Part shown: positions 58,642 to 64,000 of the stretch, one piece after another
How the letters are laid out: each line of letters opens with the position of its first letter
Numbering within the stretch: the stretch's first letter is position 1
Assembly: GCA_951406725.2 (NCBI GenBank)
Contig: OX597831.1
Span: forward strand, 52,576,001-52,640,000
DNA: 64,000 bases
Direction: 5' to 3'
From: Octopus vulgaris
Lineage: Eukaryota
The notes under the pieces: model-generated
The model's input: the letters and a program-made list of their open reading frames with translations, nothing else
Database searches by the model: none
Told to the model about the DNA's origin: nothing
Translations under genes and position numbers: made by a program

Positions 58642-58702
58642 TTTTTTTGTGATGTTTTTGTGATGTTTTTTCAGCTTTAATAATAATAAAGTATATATAC
58701 AT

Positions 58703-59120
58703 AGGCGCAGGAGTGGCTGTGTGGTAAGTAGCTTGCTAACCAACCACATGGTTCCGGGTTCAGTCCCACTGCGTGGCATCTTGGGCAAGTGTCTTCTGCT
58801 ATAGCCCCGGGCCGACCAATGCCTTGTGAGTGGATTTGGTAGACGGAAACTGAAAGAAGCCTGTCGTATATATGTATATATATATGTGTGTATGTATGTG
58901 TGTTTGTGTGTCTGTGTTTGTCCCCCTAGCATTGCTTGACAACCGATGCTGGTGTGTTTACGTCCCCGTCACTTAGCGGTTCGGCAAAAAAAAAAAAGAG
59001 ACCGATAGAATAAGTACTGGGCTTACAAAGAATAAGTCCCGGGGTCGATTTGCTCGACTAAAGGCAGTGCTCCAGCATGGCCGCAGTCAAATGACTGAAA
59101 CAAGTAAAAGAGTAAAAGAG
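58703..59120 (+). mobile_element. Full-length SINE family A
   Basis: Head aggcgcaggagtggctgtgtggtaag..gggttcagtccc (A/B boxes), internal microsatellite slot, ccagcatggccgcagt domain and (gtaaaaga) tail. Confidence 0.92.
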
Positions 59121-59255
59121 TATACATATATACACACACACACACACACTCATGCACATATATATATATACATCAGTCTATATGTATCGTAGTTTCAACG
59201 TAGTCTCATTTGTGAGTCTATAATCTTTCTCATTCATTTTCCGAGTCTGTCTCAT

Positions 59256-59297
<42 letters not shown>

Positions 59298-59602
59298 TCT
59301 CTCTGTCTGTCTCTCTCTCTTCCATACACACACACTCTCTCCCTCTCTCTCTCTCTCTGAGTCTCTTACTCTTACTCACTCACTCACTCTCTTTCCTTTC
59401 CCCCCTTCTCTTCCTACACCTCCTCGTTCGTTCCTTCCACCATTGTACCGATATGACTGCTATTACTACTTGTTGTTATTGTTGTTGCTATGGGCGAAAA
59501 TAGTCGGAGACAGAATGGAACGATCTAACAATTTCCCAAACCTCACACTCAGAAATTGCGTGTGTGTGTGTGTGTATTTATATAGATGTATGTGTGTATA
59601 TA

Positions 59603-59634
<32 letters not shown>

Positions 59635-59646
59635 CATACATACCTA

Positions 59647-59708
59647 TATAGTGGTAAGTATCCCCGCCTGTCACGCGGGAGACCGGGTTTCGATTCCCCG
59701 CCGGGGAG
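59647..59708 (+). pseudogene. tRNA-Asp(GTC) pseudogene, 5'-truncated
   Basis: tatagtggtaagtatccccgcctGTCacgcgggagaccgggtttcgattccccgccggggag matches metazoan tRNA-Asp from about position 11. The 5' acceptor strand is missing and the T stem has a mismatch. Confidence 0.88.
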
Positions 59709-59828
59709 GCGAATTATTTAATGGCGGTGCCCCAGCATGGCCACAGCTCAAGAGCTGAAACTGGAAAACATAAACAAACATAAACATATATATATATATA
59801 TACATACATATATATATACATACATACA

Positions 59829-59860
<32 letters not shown>

Positions 59861-60181
59861 CATACATATATACATACACAAACACACACATATATATATA
59901 TATATACATATATAGATATCTATATACATATATATATATATATGTATACACACACACACACACATATATATGCTTATACATACATATATATATATATATA
60001 TATACACGCGCGCGTGCACACACACATACACACGCACACAAATATATATGTAAGCGTATCATTCGCGGCAATTTCTATTACAACACTGGCAAACGACGTA
60101 GCGAGCTTCTTACGTGATCGTTAAAACGCTAGAAAGAACAGCTAAATCTCTCTCTTCCGAGCCACACACTCTACCATTTAT

Positions 60182-60227
<46 letters not shown>

Positions 60228-60555
60228 CTGATTCTCGATTGAAGTTGAAGTACGTGAGGCTAAAACAAGCAGCAACTGTGGCAACAGTAATTGGATATCC
60301 GTCGGTTTCGTCGATGCTTATTCAATTACTGTTCGATATAGATATTCCACTGACAGTGAACCATCTAATCACGGACACGTCTACGATTCTTCAGGAAAGG
60401 AAGAATCGGCATGACAATGACAATGAATGCAACAAAACCGGCTCTTTGAGAATTGCAGTAACAATGCATTTGACGGGCTTCTTTCCGCATTATTTCCGTC
60501 CACCCGATTGTTCATTCACAAGGCTTGGGTCGACACTTGCGACTTGCGCAAGACG

Positions 60556-60984
60556 GGCAATGTTTCGTCTCTAGTAGACCTTTCCGTCGATTTCCGTAAA
60601 AAAATTTTTTTTTTTTACATATGGGCTTGCGGGAACTTTTGAAGTAATGAGAGCGAAAGAGACTAAGAGAAAGCGATTGTATGACGAGAGAAATTCTTTT
60701 GAAGTTACCGTGCATGGGAAGCATTGATGTACATGTGTGTGTGTGTGTGTGTTTGATGGGGTGTGGGAGACAGACAGTATGTTGTGTAAGTGAAGTGCTT
60801 CTGTTAGTGTGTGTGAAGAGACAGAGAGAGTAATGTGTGAAAGAAAGAGATAACTGAAATTTTTTACTCGGTGTATGTGTATATGTATGTATATTACTTC
60901 AAAAGTTCCCGCAAGCCCATATGTGAAAAAAAAAAATTTTTTACGGAAATCGACGGAAAGGTCTACTAGAGACGAAAGATCGCC
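60556..60984. mobile_element. 429-bp Merlin-like MITE
   Basis: ~92-bp TIRs starting GGC(A/G)A and an 8-bp TSD GCAAGACG (60548-60555, 60985-60992). Empty paralogous site at 61588-61595. Confidence 0.85.
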
Positions 60985-61969
60985 GCAAGACGCCATGCAG
61001 CGAGATGGAATTCGGGATCTCGTGATTGCGAAAGGAAGTTCTTAAACCATTCGACCACGTTGCGTCCATAGCAACAAAGAACCGCTTTGTATTTTCTACG
61101 ATCCAGTTTGACATTATTATTATCCTGTTGCTCCTGGCTATTTCTGATGGCGCAGATCAATAATCTAAATATATACCCATAGGCTTAAACTGTCGGTCGA
61201 ACAACTCACAAGGCGATCCACAGATCCAGTGCCCCATATAATCAGTATCATTGTCTAGATTGAGAACTACGCTGTTCTGTTCCCCATAGCAGTGTTTGGT
61301 ATACTTCATTTGATGGTATAAAAGAATCTTGGACAGGTAAGATGCACTACAAGTTCAGCGTGCATACTCAGGAAAAAAGTTGTTATGCATTAAAACGTGT
61401 GGGAGGCCCCAACTTAACATTTAGGGCCTGGTGAGATTTCTTCTATTTATTTATTTATTTATTTATTTATTTATTTTGAAAGATATATCTGGGGAGAAAA
61501 ATTGTGTCTTTGACGGGCTTCCTTCCGCATTATTTCCGTCCACCCGGTTGTTCACTCACAAGGCTTGGGTCGACACTTGTGACTTGCGCAAGACGCCATG
61601 CAGCGAGATGGAATTCGGGATCTCGTGATTACGAAAGGAAGTTCTTAAACTATTCGACCACGTTGCGTCCATAGCAACAAAGAACCGCTACAAATATTGT
61701 AGAGAAAGAAAGTGGAGAAAGAAAGAGGATAAGAGTGACAACAGATTTAACGAATATTATCTGGAAAATAAAACTCTGAAATGGTCTTTCGTGGGACATG
61801 TGTTCAGAAGATGAGAGAATGGATGGAATAACAAATCGACAAAGTGGACACCACATCATTTGACGGGTCACTTTGAAGTACACTTTTGCCATTGTGGGTA
61901 ATATCAGGAAATATGGCATTCATACAATAATTATAATTTTAATTTTGTCAAGTTTTTTGGTGCCCGTGT

Positions 61970-62400
61970 GTCCAAAAAGAAAGGTCTTCAACCAGTGCGT
62001 GGGCTACCAACAAGAGCATTGAAAATAAATTAAGAGCAATACAAAGAGCCTTGGAAAGTAGAATGCTGAGGATTAACAAAATGGATAAGTGGAGAAAGAA
62101 AGAGGATAAGAGTGACAACAGATTTAACGAATATTATCTGGAAAATAAAACTTTGAAATGGTCTTTCGTGGGACATGTGTTCAGAAGATGAGAGAATGGA
62201 TGGAATAACAAATCGACAAAGTGGACACCACGTCCAGAAAAAATGAGGGGAAGACTAGGCAGAAAATGGAATGAAGACTTCCTTAAATTTTTCGGCATCC
62301 AAGCATGGATGGAGAAAACATCAGACCGTGGTTGATGGAGAGAACATGCTGAGGTCTTCGTCCAACAGTAGGCTGGACATGTGCAAAAGATGATGATACA
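61970..62400 (+). pseudogene. RTE LINE 3' fragment, with ~145 bp duplicated at 61709-61854
   Basis: QRALESRML..KWSFVGHVFRR..KWTPR..GRKWNED..WREHAEVFVQQ. Confidence 0.8.
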
Positions 62401-62417
62401 AAATGAAATGAATTGCT

Positions 62418-62826
62418 CTTTACTCTTTTACTTGTTTCAATCATTTGACTGCGGCCATGCTGGAGCACCGCCTTTAATCGAGCAACTCGACACCGGGACT
62501 TATTCTTTTATAAGCCCAGTACTTATTCCATCGGTCTCTTTTGCCGAACCGCTAAGTAACGGGGACATAAACACACCAGCATCGGTTGTCAAGCAATGCT
62601 AGGGGGACAAACACACTAACACAAACACACACACACATATATATGTATATATACATATATACGACGAGCTTCTTTCAGTTTCCGTCTACCAAATCCACTC
62701 ACAAGGCTTTGGTCGGCCCGAGGCTATAATAGAAGACACTTGCCCAAGGTGCCACGCAGTGGGACTGAACCCGGAACCATGTGGCTGGTAAACAAGCTAC
62801 TTACCACACAGCCACTCCTGCGCCTA
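62418..62826 (-). mobile_element. Full-length SINE family A
   Basis: Near-identical reverse complement of 58703-59120. Confidence 0.92.
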
Positions 62827-62829
62827 TTG

Positions 62830-63826
62830 TAATTTTCAAACGAAAAATATTTGTCTTAAAATGAAATTTAAAAAAAACTGTTGTCAACATCAGGAAATAT
62901 AGCATACATACATTAAAATTATAATTCAACTTTTATCAAATTTCCTGGAGCTTACACAAAATAATGAAATGAATACAAGTTTTCGATAGAAAAATGATTA
63001 TTACCTTAGAATAAAATTAAACAAGACAAATTTCTCATTTGTATAACTTCTCCCTTAATTACTGCCGTTTACTTCCTCTATCTCCTTTTCTTCCTCAGTC
63101 ATTATAATTCTTTCTCTCTCACTATGTGTGTGTAACGTTCCTTTACTCAGTGCCCGCCACCAAACCTAATATATGCACTAATACTGCACCTCTTATGCTA
63201 ACTCTCCCTCCCTCTCCCACTCACTCTCTCATTCTCTATATAATGTAAAGCATGACTGAAGAAATCAGCTCACCAACATTTATGTCAGTTACGAGCAAAA
63301 CGCACCCCCCCCTCCCGTCCAATGGACGGTGCTGAGTTGTCAAACATTTAAACCAAATTTTCTCAAAACAACTTGTCCGACCGTCCCATAGGCCTCCCCT
63401 TTGAGAAACACTGATTTAACCTAAATTTGAGACACCAGCAAAAGAAGAAATAAAGATAGACTTTTCTCTATTCCAAAGAAAAACGATTTTATTCACACAA
63501 ATATGCAAAAAACTATATACTGCATTTTGTGGCATTATTTCAAGCCAGCCAGCTTTTTTTGCACAAACTGCACGTGCATTTTTCTCGCGTACGCGTAGTA
63601 TCGATCGCAACAGCTGATGTACTTGCGCGTACAAATGCACGTTCCCACGGCTTTATCGATCGCATTCTCACCTGGAATCGATCTTTGTAATTTTTTCAAG
63701 ACTTATGCACGCCCTGATACCGTCGGTATCTACATATAAAATTTGAGCGCAATCGGATGGAGGATGCCCGAGATCCTAGAAGACACACACACACACACAC
63801 ACACAGAACGGATTTTATATAATAGA
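62830..63826 (-). mobile_element. Helitron-like non-autonomous element, 5' part
   Basis: Minus strand A|TCTATTATATAAAATCCGTTCTGTGTG..CATCCGATTGCGCTCAAATTTT has the same organisation as the 19397 5' end. The left boundary is uncertain. Confidence 0.55.
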
Positions 63827-63845
63827 TTACTAAATGAAGATTTTT

Positions 63846-64000
63846 AAGGCGGCAAGTTAGAATTGTTAGCACGCCGGACAAAATGTTTAACAGTATTTCG
63901 TCCGTCTGTACTTCTGAGTTCAATTTCCGCCGAGGTCGACTTTGCCTTTTGTCCATTCGGGTCGACAAAATAAGCAGCAGTTGGACACTGGGATTGATAT
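63846..64000 (+). mobile_element. SINE family B
   Basis: Head and core match other copies. Confidence 0.85.

Noticed and set aside
59647-59708. Functional tRNA-Asp gene
   Set aside because: The acceptor-stem 5' strand is absent and the T stem is mismatched.

Overview
Animal genomic DNA, AT-rich and dominated by microsatellites and SINEs. The repeat families look like those of an octopus/coleoid cephalopod (inference, no database search run). The only host gene I can support is the 3' part of a UNC-93-like (UNC93A-type) membrane protein gene on +: exons 6629-6742, 23252-23516 and 30587-30822, with consistent GT-AG phases. Nearly all ORFs in the supplied track are microsatellite artefacts. The rest is layered mobile DNA: three tRNA-derived SINE groups, Tc1/mariner remnants, a Helitron with a PIF1 helicase fragment, a Merlin-like MITE with its empty site nearby, RTE, CR1, R4/Dong-like, Hero-like and Tx1-like LINE fragments, and a truncated tRNA-Asp. 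The most interesting signal is a set of minimal hammerhead-ribozyme-like motifs with non-canonical cores. They lie in short Penelope-like pieces embedded in (TA)n tracts, some as head-to-head foldbacks, and two lie downstream of decayed GIY-YIG endonuclease remnants. Penelope-associated hammerheads are a known class, so novelty is limited to the variant cores and the foldback geometry, and activity is untested.
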